A stretch of DNA of 64,000 bases from NCBI GenBank assembly GCA_963761335.1, contig CAVXGR010000018.1, forward strand, positions 896,001 to 960,000, written 5' to 3'. Source of the stretch: an uncultured delta proteobacterium. GTDB taxonomy: Bacteria; Desulfobacterota; Binatia; HRBIN30; BPIQ01. Numbering within the stretch: position 1 is the stretch's first letter; each line of letters opens with the position of its first letter. Of the stretch, positions 28,306 through 38,280 are shown in pieces. The translations under genes and the position numbers were made by a program. The notes beneath the pieces are model-generated. The model saw only the letters and a program-made list of their open reading frames with translations. It was not told where the DNA came from and ran no database searches.

Positions 28306-30198
28306 ATGACGTCCAGTGTCGATGCCCCGGCCGGTCCCGAGACGTATGAGCAGCACCGCTCGGCGCTGATTGCGGAAAACTTCCCGCATGCCATCGGCGT
28401 GGCACTGGCGGTGACGATCATCTGCCTGGGCGCGGAGACCATCAAGGGATCGCTGGACGGGCTCTCGGCCGGCGGCTACGCCTGGGAGCTGGCGGTTCTG
28501 CTGATCGGTTTGTTGCTGGCGCGCGGGTTCATGCCCCGGGACGTTCGGGTGCTTGCCGCCATTCTGGACCTGGGATTCACTCTCGGCTTGGTGGGGCGGC
28601 TCTTTCTGGCGGGCTCCACCACCTCCGGGGTGGTGCTCTTCGTGTCGCTCAAGATGGTGGGCTCGGCTGTCCTCGTTCCCTGGGGAGTTCGCATGCAGGA
28701 GCTCTCCGCAGGGCTGACGGTGATGCTCTTCTACGCGGCCGTGCTCGTCAGCGGACGCACCTTTGGGCTCAGCAGCCCGCTGCATCATCTCATCGGTACA
28801 CTGGTTGCCGGGCTCATCTCGGTGATTGGTGCGGCGAGCATCGAGCGCGCCCGCCGCGAGCTGCACGCCCGAGGCATGCAGCTGGAGGGCTCCGAGCTGC
28901 GGCTCCGGTCTCTTCTCGAGGCCGCCGAGAGCAGTCAGGAGCAGCTGCGCAGCGAGGGCGAGGTCTCGGCGGCGATGGCGACGGTCGGTCACGAGATGAT
29001 GTCCTCGCTGGACACTCCGGTGCTTCTCGAGCGGCTGTCGCAGCTCACGGCGCAGGTGCTCGATGCAGATTCGACCTGCGCCTTCCTCCGCGATCCGGAG
29101 GACGGGTCGTACTTTCCGGTATCGGCCTTCGGCCCAGGTGGAGCGGAGGAGTGGGAGTACCTGCGCGCCATTCGCTATCCCGCCGAGGTGGTTGGTCCGC
29201 TGGCGGCGCGGATCACCGAGGCCGGCGGCTCGATGCAGTTCGGGCGACGCGAGGCGGATATCCTCGCCCCGGGGACGATCCCCGAGAAGTTCGACTGGCA
29301 GCAGGTGCTGTTCGTCGGCCTGCGCCGCGGTGAGCAGGTGAGCGGCGTGCTCGCCGCCTATCGCCGGCAGCCGCTGCCCTATGACGCCCAGAAGATTCGC
29401 ATCGCCCGGGGCATTGCCAACATCGCCTCGCTGGCGCTGGCGCATGCGCAGATGGTCGAGAAGCTCGAAGGCGCCAACAGCCTCAAATCGGAGTTCGTCG
29501 CCACCATGTCACACGAGCTGCGGACTCCTCTCAACATCGTCATCGGCTACACCTCGCTGCTCCTCGAGGGCGCCTTCGGGGCGCTGTCCACGGAGCAGGA
29601 GGGGCCACTGCAGCGGGTCGACAAGAGCGCCCGCGAGCTCCTCGAGCTGATCGACGCGACTCTCAACCTGAGCCGCCTCGAATCGGGGCGCGTCTCTCTG
29701 GATCCCGGCGATGTCCGCATTCCCGAGCTCTTCGACAGCATCGAGTCCGAGACCCGGGAGCTATTTTCCAAGCCGGGCTTGCGTTCGTCGTGGGAGGTCA
29801 CCCCGAACCTACCGATCCTGTACACCGACGGCTTGAAGCTCAAGGTGGTGCTGAAGAACCTGATCGGCAACGCCGTCAAGTTCACCGAGGATGGCAGCGT
29901 CTCCGTCCATGTCCGAGCGGCGGAAGGCGGCGTCGAGTTCTCCGTGGCCGATACCGGCCGCGGCATCGATACGAAGCATCTGGCACTCATCTTCGAGCCC
30001 TTTCGCCAGCTGGAGCGATCGGAGACCCGTCGCTACGGTGGAGTCGGGCTGGGGCTCTACATCGTGAGGCGCCTGGTGGAGATGTTGCGGGGAACGATCA
30101 CTGTGGAGAGCGAGGTCGGCCGCGGCTCGGTGTTCCGCGTCTGGGTTCCGCTGGACGTCGCGCTGCCGGCGGTGTCGCAGAGCATATCCGTGCATTGA
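28306..30198 (+). CDS. Membrane-bound GAF-domain sensor histidine kinase
   Basis: N-terminal TM bundle, GAF, MSHELRTPLN, NAVKFT, DTGRG, GVGLGL; start ATG 28306. Confidence 0.9.
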   Translation: MTSSVDAPAGPETYEQHRSALIAENFPHAIGVALAVTIICLGAETIKGSLDGLSAGGYAWELAVLLIGLLLARGFMPRDVRVLAAILDLGFTLGLVGRLFLAGSTTSGVVLFVSLKMVGSAVLVPWGVRMQELSAGLTVMLFYAAVLVSGRTFGLSSPLHHLIGTLVAGLISVIGAASIERARRELHARGMQLEGSELRLRSLLEAAESSQEQLRSEGEVSAAMATVGHEMMSSLDTPVLLERLSQLTAQVLDADSTCAFLRDPEDGSYFPVSAFGPGGAEEWEYLRAIRYPAEVVGPLAARITEAGGSMQFGRREADILAPGTIPEKFDWQQVLFVGLRRGEQVSGVLAAYRRQPLPYDAQKIRIARGIANIASLALAHAQMVEKLEGANSLKSEFVATMSHELRTPLNIVIGYTSLLLEGAFGALSTEQEGPLQRVDKSARELLELIDATLNLSRLESGRVSLDPGDVRIPELFDSIESETRELFSKPGLRSSWEVTPNLPILYTDGLKLKVVLKNLIGNAVKFTEDGSVSVHVRAAEGGVEFSVADTGRGIDTKHLALIFEPFRQLERSETRRYGGVGLGLYIVRRLVEMLRGTITVESEVGRGSVFRVWVPLDVALPAVSQSISVH

Positions 30199-30231
30199 GA
30201 GCGCCCTGCGGAAGACGGCCCTCTCGCCGAC

Positions 30232-30465
30232 TCAGGCTTCTCGCTGCCCCGGGGGCTGCTCGTCCTCGACCCAGATCAAGTGAGCCCCGCAGTGCAGGCA
30301 GAGCGCGTCGACGTACATGACGCCGCGCACACTGCCGAGCGGCAGACGTTGGCGGTGCCGTACTCCGGCGGTGTCTTCGCAGACGTGGCTCACCATCCGG
30401 CCCGCCCCTTCGACGACGGTCCGCTGAGGTGGTCGGAGAGGCGTGAAGGTGATGACATTGGCCAC
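30232..30465 (-). CDS. Small hypothetical protein with HxC/CxxC (possible Zn ribbon)
   Basis: 77 aa ORF starting 3 bp after the metF stop; SHVC and CLHCG. Confidence 0.5.
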   Translation of the reverse strand: MANVITFTPLRPPQRTVVEGAGRMVSHVCEDTAGVRHRQRLPLGSVRGVMYVDALCLHCGAHLIWVEDEQPPGQREA

Positions 30466-30468
30466 GGG

Positions 30469-31335
30469 TCAACCGCGCAGCTCTTCCAGGATGGCCCGTG
30501 TCGCCGGCGATCGATTGAGCGTGTAGAAATGAATGCCGGGAGCGCCGCCTGCGAGTAGGTCGCGGCACTGGGCGGTGGCGTGCTCGATGCCGATGCGCTG
30601 CACCGCCTGATCGTCGTCGCGAACGGCCACCAGGCGCCGTCGCAGCGGCTCCGGAATGCGGGCGCCGCACATTCGCGTGAATCGTTCGATCTGCGCCACG
30701 TTGGTGATCGGCATGATTCCCGGAATGATCGGCACCTCGATTCCGCGGGCGCGGGCGCGGCGGACGAAGTCGAAGTAGTCGGAGTTGTCGAAGAAGAGCT
30801 GGGTGATCACGAACTCGAGGCCGGCTCTCACCTTGGCGTGCAGGTGTCCCAGATCGGTGTTCTTGTCGGCGCACTCGATGTGGCCTTCGGGATAGCCGGC
30901 GCCGCCGACGCAGAAGGGGTAGCCTCCCTCGCGGATGAAGGCGACCAGCTCGGCGGCATAAGTGAAGCCGCCGGGGGCCGCGGTGAACACCTGCTGGTCC
31001 CGCGGCGGGTCGCCGCGCAGTGCCAGGACGTTCTCGATGCCGGCGTCCCGCAGCTGCGCGAGGACGTCGGCGATCTCGCCGCAGGCGGCGCCGACGCAGG
31101 TCAGATGCGCCATGGTCTCGATGCCGAGGCTGTGCTTGATGCGGGTGACCAGCTCCACGGTGCGGGCCCGGGTGCTGCCGCCGGCACCGTAGGTGACCGA
31201 GACGAAGCTCGGCTTCAGCTCCAGCAGCCCCTCGATCGTCTGGTAGAGGCTCTCGAGGCCCTGTTCCGACTTCGGCGGAAAGAACTCGAAGGAGAACAGC
31301 GGACCGTTGCGCCCGAAGAGCTCGCGGATCTTCAC
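30469..31335 (-). CDS. metF: 5,10-methylenetetrahydrofolate reductase
   Basis: SFEFFPPK, SVTYGAGGS, AHLTC, LALRGDPP, ITQLFF, PGIMP, HFYTLN; GTG start 31335. Confidence 0.96.
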   Translation of the reverse strand: MKIRELFGRNGPLFSFEFFPPKSEQGLESLYQTIEGLLELKPSFVSVTYGAGGSTRARTVELVTRIKHSLGIETMAHLTCVGAACGEIADVLAQLRDAGIENVLALRGDPPRDQQVFTAAPGGFTYAAELVAFIREGGYPFCVGGAGYPEGHIECADKNTDLGHLHAKVRAGLEFVITQLFFDNSDYFDFVRRARARGIEVPIIPGIMPITNVAQIERFTRMCGARIPEPLRRRLVAVRDDDQAVQRIGIEHATAQCRDLLAGGAPGIHFYTLNRSPATRAILEELRG

Positions 31336-31343
31336 AAGGGCGA

Positions 31344-31373
31344 ATTCTGAAGGACCGCTCCCGTCCCTGTCAA
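31344..31373 (-). promoter_or_regulatory. Putative sigma70 promoter of metF (leaderless or near-leaderless)
   Basis: Minus strand TTGACA-18 bp-CAGAAT, 8 nt before the GTG start, no RBS. Confidence 0.6.
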
Positions 31374-31434
31374 GGAGACCTTCCACCCCACCTTGCCTGC
31401 TCTCCAGGGGGGTGGTAGGCGAGCCTAAACCCTG

Positions 31435-33975
31435 ATGGCGCAAGCAGTCTACGTCGCCGAGTCGCACGACCGTCGAATCCTGCTGGGGGAAGGCGATGGC
31501 GTGCCGCGGGCCCGCGGCAAGTTCCTGTTTCGCGGCGAGGAGAAGTTTCTCGTTCGCGGCGTCTCCTATGGTCCCTTCGCCGTCGCCTCCCACGGCGGTC
31601 CGTTCCCGGAGCTGGAGCTGGCGCGCCGCGACCTGGTGCTGATGAGGCAGCTGGGGGCGAACTGCCTGCGCACCTTCACGCCACCGCCGGAGTGGTTTCT
31701 GGACCTGGCCGGCGAGCACGGACTGGTCGTGCTGAGCGGTCTGCCGTGGACCCAGCACGTCTGCTTCCTCGACGACGCCGGAGTGACGCGACAGGTGCGC
31801 CAGGCCGTGCTCGACGGAGCGCGCCGCTGTGCGGCTCACCCGGCCACCCTGGCGGTTTTGATCGGCAACGAAATTCCTCCCGATATCGTGCGCTGGCTCG
31901 GCCCCGAGCGGGTGTCCGCTTTTCTCCAGGAGCTCTACGGGGAGGTGAAGTCGGTGAACGCCGACACCCTGGTCAGCTACGCCAACTTCCCCTCCACCGA
32001 GTATCTCGACGTCGATTTTCTCGACTTCATCTCCTTCAACGTCTACCTGCACCGCGAGCCGGATTTCCGCCACTACCTCTCCCGGCTGCAGAACCTGGCC
32101 CGCGACAAGCCCCTGGTGCTGACCGAGTTCGGCATTGATTCGATCCGCGAGGGCCAGGCGGCGCAGGCGGAGATCCTCCGCTGGCAGGTGCGTGCCGCCT
32201 TCGAATCGGGGGTCGCCGGCACGGTGGTCTTCTCGTGGACTGACGACTGGTACACCGGCGGCTTTCAGGTGGAGGACTGGGCTTTCGGCCTGGTCGGGCG
32301 CGAGCGGCAGGAGAAGCCGAGCTTCCACGCCGTGCAATCGCTTTACCGCTCCCCGTTGCCGCCGCCGATTGCCGATCCGCCCCGGGTCTCGATCGTCATC
32401 TGCGCGTACAACGCTGCGCGCACCTTGGACGCCTGCCTGGCGTCGATGCGGGAGCTGAGCTATCCGAGCTACGAGGTGATCGTCGTCAACGACGGCTCCA
32501 CGGACAGGACCCTGGAAATCGCCGAGCGCTACCCGGAGGTGCGCATCATCTCGCAGGAGAACCGGGGACTGAGCGCGGCGCGCAACGTCGGCGCCGCGGC
32601 GGCCACGAGCGAGATCATCGCCTACACCGATTCCGACTGCGTCGCCGATCCCGACTGGCTGACCTACCTGGTCTACAAGTTCAACAGCGGTTACGTCGCC
32701 GTCGGTGGACCGAACCTACCGCCTCCCGAGGATGCGCGCATGGCCGCATGTGTCGCCGCCGCCCCCGGTGGTCCTACCCACGTCCTCCTCAACGACGAGG
32801 TTGCGGAGCACATCCCCGGCTGCAACATGGCCTTTCGCCGCTCGGCTCTGGAGGAGATCGAGGGCTTCGACCCGCTGTATCGCGCCGCCGGGGACGACGT
32901 CGATCTGTGCTGGCGGCTGCAGAATATCGGCTACGCGATCGGCTTCAGCCCGGCGGCCATGGTGTGGCACTTCCGCCGCAACACCACCCGCGCCTACCTG
33001 CGGCAGCAGATGGGATACGGCAAGGCGGAGGCGCTGCTGTATTTCAAACACCCGTACCGCTTCAACCTGCTCGGACAGTCGCAGTGGCTGGGGCGGATCT
33101 ATGGCGACCTCACCATGTCCCTGTTCTCACGCCGTCCGGTGATCTATCACGGCGTCTTCGGGCGCGGGCTCTTCCAGACGCTCTACGAGGCGCCCTCCTC
33201 GCTGGTTTCCTATCTGCCCTTCACCCTGGAGTGGAATCTCTTCGGCGTGGTGGTTTTCATCGCCGCGCTGATCGCCGGGCGCTACCGCGCGCTGGCGGCT
33301 CTGCCGCTGCTGGTCTCCTGGGCGTCGGCGATCGGCAGCGCCTGGCGCGCCAGGCTGGAGGCGCGCTTCGACGGGGTCGGGTCGCGGCTGTTGATCGCCT
33401 CACTCATCTATCTCGGGCCCCTGGTGCGCAGCGTGCAACGCTACCTGTGGCGGCTGCAGGGCATCGCCGACGTCGAGCGCATCCATTTCGCCGAGGCGCC
33501 GCCGCGCTCGGGCTGGCGCCGGCAATTCGTGAGCTCCTACTGGTCGGCCCGCGGCCTGGAGAAGGAGAACCTTCTGCACGCGGTCATGCAGTTCCTCATC
33601 CCGCGCAAGTACCTGCTGGCCATCGATCCGGGCTGGAACGACTGGGACCTGATCGTCTATCGCGGCGTCTGGGCGCAGGCGACTCTCAAGGTGGCGGTGG
33701 AGAACCATGGCGGCGTGAAGCGCCTCTTCCGTGTTCTCTGCCGGGTGCGGATGTCGCGCTTCTCGAAGCTGGCTATTGCCGCCTTCGCGCTCGTGGCCGC
33801 TCTCACCTCGGCCGCCGGGCTCTGGGAGATCGGCGTGGTCTCGGGGGTCGTGGGGCTGATCACCATCGCCGCGGCGACGTCGCAGAACGTCCGCCTGGGG
33901 CGCACCATGTACGGCGTGCTCGAGGTCTGCGCCAAGATGCTCGAGCTCACGGGCGTGGAGTCGGCTCCGACCTGA
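31435..33975 (+). CDS. Fusion: GH2-like TIM-barrel glycoside hydrolase + GT2 glycosyltransferase + C-terminal TM region
   Basis: RGVSYGPF, IGNEIP and LTEFG (clan GH-A acid/base and nucleophile); SIVICAYNA, VNDGSTD, GLSAARN, YTDSD, GDDVDLCWR. Confidence 0.88.
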   Translation: MAQAVYVAESHDRRILLGEGDGVPRARGKFLFRGEEKFLVRGVSYGPFAVASHGGPFPELELARRDLVLMRQLGANCLRTFTPPPEWFLDLAGEHGLVVLSGLPWTQHVCFLDDAGVTRQVRQAVLDGARRCAAHPATLAVLIGNEIPPDIVRWLGPERVSAFLQELYGEVKSVNADTLVSYANFPSTEYLDVDFLDFISFNVYLHREPDFRHYLSRLQNLARDKPLVLTEFGIDSIREGQAAQAEILRWQVRAAFESGVAGTVVFSWTDDWYTGGFQVEDWAFGLVGRERQEKPSFHAVQSLYRSPLPPPIADPPRVSIVICAYNAARTLDACLASMRELSYPSYEVIVVNDGSTDRTLEIAERYPEVRIISQENRGLSAARNVGAAAATSEIIAYTDSDCVADPDWLTYLVYKFNSGYVAVGGPNLPPPEDARMAACVAAAPGGPTHVLLNDEVAEHIPGCNMAFRRSALEEIEGFDPLYRAAGDDVDLCWRLQNIGYAIGFSPAAMVWHFRRNTTRAYLRQQMGYGKAEALLYFKHPYRFNLLGQSQWLGRIYGDLTMSLFSRRPVIYHGVFGRGLFQTLYEAPSSLVSYLPFTLEWNLFGVVVFIAALIAGRYRALAALPLLVSWASAIGSAWRARLEARFDGVGSRLLIASLIYLGPLVRSVQRYLWRLQGIADVERIHFAEAPPRSGWRRQFVSSYWSARGLEKENLLHAVMQFLIPRKYLLAIDPGWNDWDLIVYRGVWAQATLKVAVENHGGVKRLFRVLCRVRMSRFSKLAIAAFALVAALTSAAGLWEIGVVSGVVGLITIAAATSQNVRLGRTMYGVLEVCAKMLELTGVESAPT

Positions 33976-34000
33976 GCGTCGGAGAGGGCGGCCAGCGGCA

Positions 34001-35779
34001 GTGCTGTCGCGCGTCTTCGCGTACCTGCGCCCCTACCGCGGCGCATTTGCCCTGGCGCTGCTGCAGGTGGCGCTGATCAGCGGGCTCGAGCTGCTGAAGC
34101 CGTGGCCGCTGAAGCTGGTGCTCGACTACGTGGTACCGCGCCTGCCGGCACCCTGGGCGCCGCTCTCCGGGCTGGATCCCGCCGCCCTGCTGGCGGTCTC
34201 TGCCGGGGCGCTGGTGCTGATCTATACGGCGCTCGGCATTATCGGACTGACCAGCAACATCACCACCATCTCCATCGGACAGCGGATGGTGAACGACCTG
34301 CGCAGCGATCTCTACCGCCACCTGCAGCGCCTGTCGCTGTCCTTCTACTCCCGCAGCAGCGTCGGCGATCTCATCTACCGGGTCACCGCCGACAGCTATT
34401 CGATTCAGACGCTCGCCATGAACGGCGTCTTCCCGGTGCTGTCCTCGGTGCTCCTCCTCGCCGGCATGTTTGCGGTCATGCTGAGCATGAGCTGGCAGCT
34501 GACGCTGGTGGCGGTGGCCGTCTGTCCGCTGCTCGCGGCGACCGTGGCGCTGCTCAACCGGCGCATCAGCGCGGTGGCCATGCGGGCGCGCGAGCGCGAG
34601 AGCGCCGTCTACGCCCACGTGCAGCGAGGCATGAGTGCCATCAAGGTGATCCAGGCATTCACCACCGAGCCTCTCGAGCACCGCGCCTTCGTGCGCAGCA
34701 GCGCTGCCAGCCTGGAGGCCAACCTGCATCTATACACCTGGCAGACCGCGTACACGGCGCTCACCAATCTGCTGCTCGCTCTGGGCACCGCCCTGGTTCT
34801 CTGGCTGGGGGCGCGCCGGGTCTGGGGCGGCGGCCTGAGCGTCGGTGACCTGGTGGTCTTTGTGAGCTATCTGTCCTCTCTGTACGCGCCGCTCAACACG
34901 ATGATGCAGACCTACGCCATGGTGCAGAGCGCCGGCGCCGGCATGCGCCGCGTGTTCGAGGTGCTCGACCGCGAGCGCGGCGTTCCCGAGGGGCAGCGCC
35001 TCCTCGGGCCGGTGCGCGGTGCTGTACGGCTCGAGGACGTCAGCTTCGCCTATCGCCCGGAGCAGCCCACGCTGCGGCACGTGTCGCTCGAGGCGCAGCC
35101 GGGGCAGATGGTGGCGATCGTCGGTCCGACCGGCGCCGGCAAGAGCACTCTCATGGGAATGCTGCCGCGCTTCACCGACCCGCAGCAAGGCGTCGTCCGC
35201 ATCGATGGCATCGATGTGCGCGAGCTGCAGCTGCGCTCCCTGCGGCGCGCCATCAGCATGGTTCTGCAGCCGCCGGTGGTCTTCCCCATCTCGGTGCGGG
35301 AGAACATCGCCTACGGCCGCCCCGAGGCGACGGACGAGGAGATCGAGCGGGTGGCGCGGCTGGCGCGCGCCCACGACTTCATCGCCCGGCTTCCGCAGGG
35401 CTACGACACCGTCGTCGGCGAGCAGGGCGCCACTCTCTCGGAAGGGGAGCGGCAGCGCTTGACCATCGCCCGCGCCCTGCTGCGCGACGCGCCCATCCTG
35501 ATCCTCGACGAGCCGACGTCGTCCGTGGATGCCGAGACCGAGGCGCTGATCTTCGAGGGCACGCGGGCGCTGATGAAGGGGCGCACGACCTTCGTCATCG
35601 CCCACCGGCTGGCGACCATTCGCGACGCCGACGAGGTCGTCGTGCTGCGCGACGGCGAGATCGTCGAGCGCGGAACCTTCAACGAGCTGGTGCGCCGCGG
35701 CGGCTTCTTCACGCGGCTCTACGAGCGTCAGTTTGGCGAGGCGGAGCGCCGGGCGGCGACGGCGGCAACGGCGGGATGA
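34001..35779 (+). CDS. ABC exporter, fused permease/ATPase (MsbA-like)
   Basis: TM domain, Walker A GPTGAGKST, LSEGERQR signature, ILILDEPTS, IAHRL. Confidence 0.93.
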   Translation: MLSRVFAYLRPYRGAFALALLQVALISGLELLKPWPLKLVLDYVVPRLPAPWAPLSGLDPAALLAVSAGALVLIYTALGIIGLTSNITTISIGQRMVNDLRSDLYRHLQRLSLSFYSRSSVGDLIYRVTADSYSIQTLAMNGVFPVLSSVLLLAGMFAVMLSMSWQLTLVAVAVCPLLAATVALLNRRISAVAMRARERESAVYAHVQRGMSAIKVIQAFTTEPLEHRAFVRSSAASLEANLHLYTWQTAYTALTNLLLALGTALVLWLGARRVWGGGLSVGDLVVFVSYLSSLYAPLNTMMQTYAMVQSAGAGMRRVFEVLDRERGVPEGQRLLGPVRGAVRLEDVSFAYRPEQPTLRHVSLEAQPGQMVAIVGPTGAGKSTLMGMLPRFTDPQQGVVRIDGIDVRELQLRSLRRAISMVLQPPVVFPISVRENIAYGRPEATDEEIERVARLARAHDFIARLPQGYDTVVGEQGATLSEGERQRLTIARALLRDAPILILDEPTSSVDAETEALIFEGTRALMKGRTTFVIAHRLATIRDADEVVVLRDGEIVERGTFNELVRRGGFFTRLYERQFGEAERRAATAATAG

Positions 35780-35834
35780 CGGCCTTTCTGGGGTTCTGGA
35801 TTGTGCCCGTCTCATCTGATTCGCTGCGGGCCGT

Positions 35835-37025
35835 ATGCGCATTGTGACCACCGGGCTTCTGGCCGCCTATCCGCTGGGCGGCGTCAGCTGCGACTACCTC
35901 GGCTACGTGAGGGGCTTCCGCCGATTGGGAGCCGAGGTTCTCTACCTCGAGGACACCGGGCAGTGGCTCTACGACCCGCGGCGGATGACCTTCACCGACG
36001 AGGTGTCGAGCAACGTGCGCTATCTCCAGCAGACACTGGCGGCGGTCAGCCCCGAGACCCGCTGGTCCTTCCGCGGTCCCGACGGTGCGTACCGAGGCGC
36101 CGGTGAGGCCGAGGTGGCTGCCTTTTGCCGCAGCGCCGATCTCTTCCTGAACGTCTCGGGCTGCTGCTGGCTGCGTGACGCCTACCGCGGCGCCCGCCAT
36201 ACGGTCTATCTCGACACCGACCCCGGTTACAGCCAGGCCAAGCTCGCGGCGGTGCGCGACGGCACGGCTGGCGGCGACACGCGCTTCTCGGTCGATCTGA
36301 TCCTTTCCCACGATCGCTTCTTCACCTACGCCGAGAACATCGGCGCCGCCGACTGCCGCATTCCCGACTGCGGCTTGCGCTGGCAGACGACGCGCCAGCC
36401 GATGGTCATGAAGGACTGGCCCATGGCATATCGTCCCGACGCCGAGTTCTTCACCACCGTGATGTCGTGGAAGACGGACGTGGCGCCGCCGATCATCGGC
36501 GGCGTCAGCTACGGCGGCAAGAACGTCGAGTTCATGCGTTTCGTCGATCTGCCGCGCCTGACGACGGCACGGCTGGAGATCGCCGTCGGCGGGGAGCCGC
36601 CGCGAGAAGAGCTGCGCGCCGGCGGCTGGCGCGTCGTCGATGCCGCCGAGCGTTCGCTGACCGTCGAGGCCTACGCCGATTACCTGCGTGGCTCGCGCGG
36701 CGAGTGGAGCGTCGCCAAGAACGCCTACGTGGCCACCCGCAGCGGTTGGTTCAGCGGCCGCAGCGCCACCTACCTCGCCCTCGGCAAGCCCGTGGTCACA
36801 CAGGACACCGGCTTCTCGCCGTACTTCCCCCCAGGCCTCGGCCTGCAGGCGTTTTGCTCTCTCGAAGAGGCGGCGGCGGCACTGGACGCGGTGCAGAGTG
36901 ATTACCGCCGCAGCTGCGAAGCGGCGCGCGCCCTCGCCGAGAGCGAGTTCGAATCCGACAGGGTGCTGTCGAAGCTTCTCCGCGATCTCGAATCGGAGCC
37001 GACGGCCGCTGGAGGGCTGCCGTGA
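35835..37025 (+). CDS. Glycosyltransferase-like protein (GT-B, Glyco_trans_1_2-like)
   Basis: SRGEWSVAKNAYV...GWFS.RS..YLA.GKPVVTQDTGF C-terminal motif. Confidence 0.7.
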   Translation: MRIVTTGLLAAYPLGGVSCDYLGYVRGFRRLGAEVLYLEDTGQWLYDPRRMTFTDEVSSNVRYLQQTLAAVSPETRWSFRGPDGAYRGAGEAEVAAFCRSADLFLNVSGCCWLRDAYRGARHTVYLDTDPGYSQAKLAAVRDGTAGGDTRFSVDLILSHDRFFTYAENIGAADCRIPDCGLRWQTTRQPMVMKDWPMAYRPDAEFFTTVMSWKTDVAPPIIGGVSYGGKNVEFMRFVDLPRLTTARLEIAVGGEPPREELRAGGWRVVDAAERSLTVEAYADYLRGSRGEWSVAKNAYVATRSGWFSGRSATYLALGKPVVTQDTGFSPYFPPGLGLQAFCSLEEAAAALDAVQSDYRRSCEAARALAESEFESDRVLSKLLRDLESEPTAAGGLP

Positions 37026-38248
37026 AGATCGTCTCGGCCCGCGCCGCCGTCGAGGCCATTGCCGACGGCAGTCGCGTCGTCCTGCCGCACGGCGCCGTGG
37101 AGCCGACCACTCTCTACCGTGCTCTGCAGGAGTGCCGCGGGCGCTTCCGCGATCTGCATCTGTACTCCGGCCTTCAGTTCGGCGCCTATCCGTTTCTGGA
37201 GGCCGGGCTGGGCGAGAGCTTCCGCTACACCACCTGGCAGGCATCGGCGCGGCTGCGGCCGCTGTTTCGCTCGGGGCAGATCGATCTCCTGCCCCTGCGC
37301 TTTCGCGACGTGGTGCGGGTCGTCTCCGAGCGGGGTTCGCTGCCGCCGGACGTGGCGCTGGTGCAGGTGTCGCCGCCCAGGCGCGGCCGCGTCAGCCTCG
37401 GCATATCCGTCAGTCTCTTCCGCGATTTCATCGCCAGCGCCCGCCTGGTGGTCGCCGAGGTCAACTGCCACATGCCGTGGACCTGCGGCAACAGCGAGGT
37501 GCCGGTCGGCGACATCGACCTGTTCGTGGAGTCCGAGCTCCCCCTGGGGACCTACAGCCCGGCGCGGCGCACGCCGCGCGACGACGCCATCGTCGAGCGG
37601 CTCCTCGGGCTGGTGCCGCCCGGTGCCTGGGTGCAGCTGGGCGTCGGCGCCATTCCCGATGCGGTCACCGCGCGTCTGGCGGACATCGACGGCGTGAACC
37701 TCTACTCCGGAATGCTGACCGGGGGGCTGGTTGAGTTCGTGCGCCACAGCCGCCACCGCGCCCGGGTGATCACCGGTGAGGTTGCGGGTGGGCCGGAGCT
37801 CTACGAGTTCGTCGCCGAGAATGCGCAGGTCGAGTTTCATCCGAGTGCGGTCACGCACGACATTCCCGCCATCAGTGCTCTGCGCCGCTTCGTGTCCATC
37901 AACTCGGCCGTCGAGGTCGATCTGCAGGGGCAGATCAACGGCGAGACCGTAGACGGTGTGCAGATCAGCGGCGTCGGTGGCAGCCTCGACTTCGTCGAGG
38001 GCGCCAGCTACTCGCCGGAAGGCTGTGCCATCCTGGCGCTGCCGTCGACGACGGAGGACGGGCGCCGCTCGAAGATCGTCCGCCGTCTCGGCGAGCGTAC
38101 TCCGGTGACCGTGCCGCGTTTCTGCGCCGACTGGGTGGTCACCGAGCTCGGCGCCGTTCGCCTGCGTGGCCTGAGCTTGCGCGAACGCGCCGCGGCGCTC
38201 GTCCAAATTGCGCATCCGGATTTTCGGGAGGCGCTGGGCCGCGAATGA
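37022..38248 (+). CDS. Acetyl-CoA hydrolase/transferase (4-hydroxybutyrate CoA-transferase-like)
   Basis: QLGVGAIPDAV, SINSAVEVDLQGQ, SGVGGSLDF, VVTELG, IAHPDFRE; GTGA overlap with the upstream gene. Confidence 0.9.
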   Translation: MKIVSARAAVEAIADGSRVVLPHGAVEPTTLYRALQECRGRFRDLHLYSGLQFGAYPFLEAGLGESFRYTTWQASARLRPLFRSGQIDLLPLRFRDVVRVVSERGSLPPDVALVQVSPPRRGRVSLGISVSLFRDFIASARLVVAEVNCHMPWTCGNSEVPVGDIDLFVESELPLGTYSPARRTPRDDAIVERLLGLVPPGAWVQLGVGAIPDAVTARLADIDGVNLYSGMLTGGLVEFVRHSRHRARVITGEVAGGPELYEFVAENAQVEFHPSAVTHDIPAISALRRFVSINSAVEVDLQGQINGETVDGVQISGVGGSLDFVEGASYSPEGCAILALPSTTEDGRRSKIVRRLGERTPVTVPRFCADWVVTELGAVRLRGLSLRERAAALVQIAHPDFREALGRE

Positions 38249-38280
38249 GGCGGGGAGTCGCCGAAGAGTAGCTGTTCTCC

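Noticed and set aside
31336..31434. SAM/SAH riboswitch upstream of metF
   Set aside because: Only ~100 bp of divergent intergenic space, with a promoter 8 nt from the start, leaving no leader
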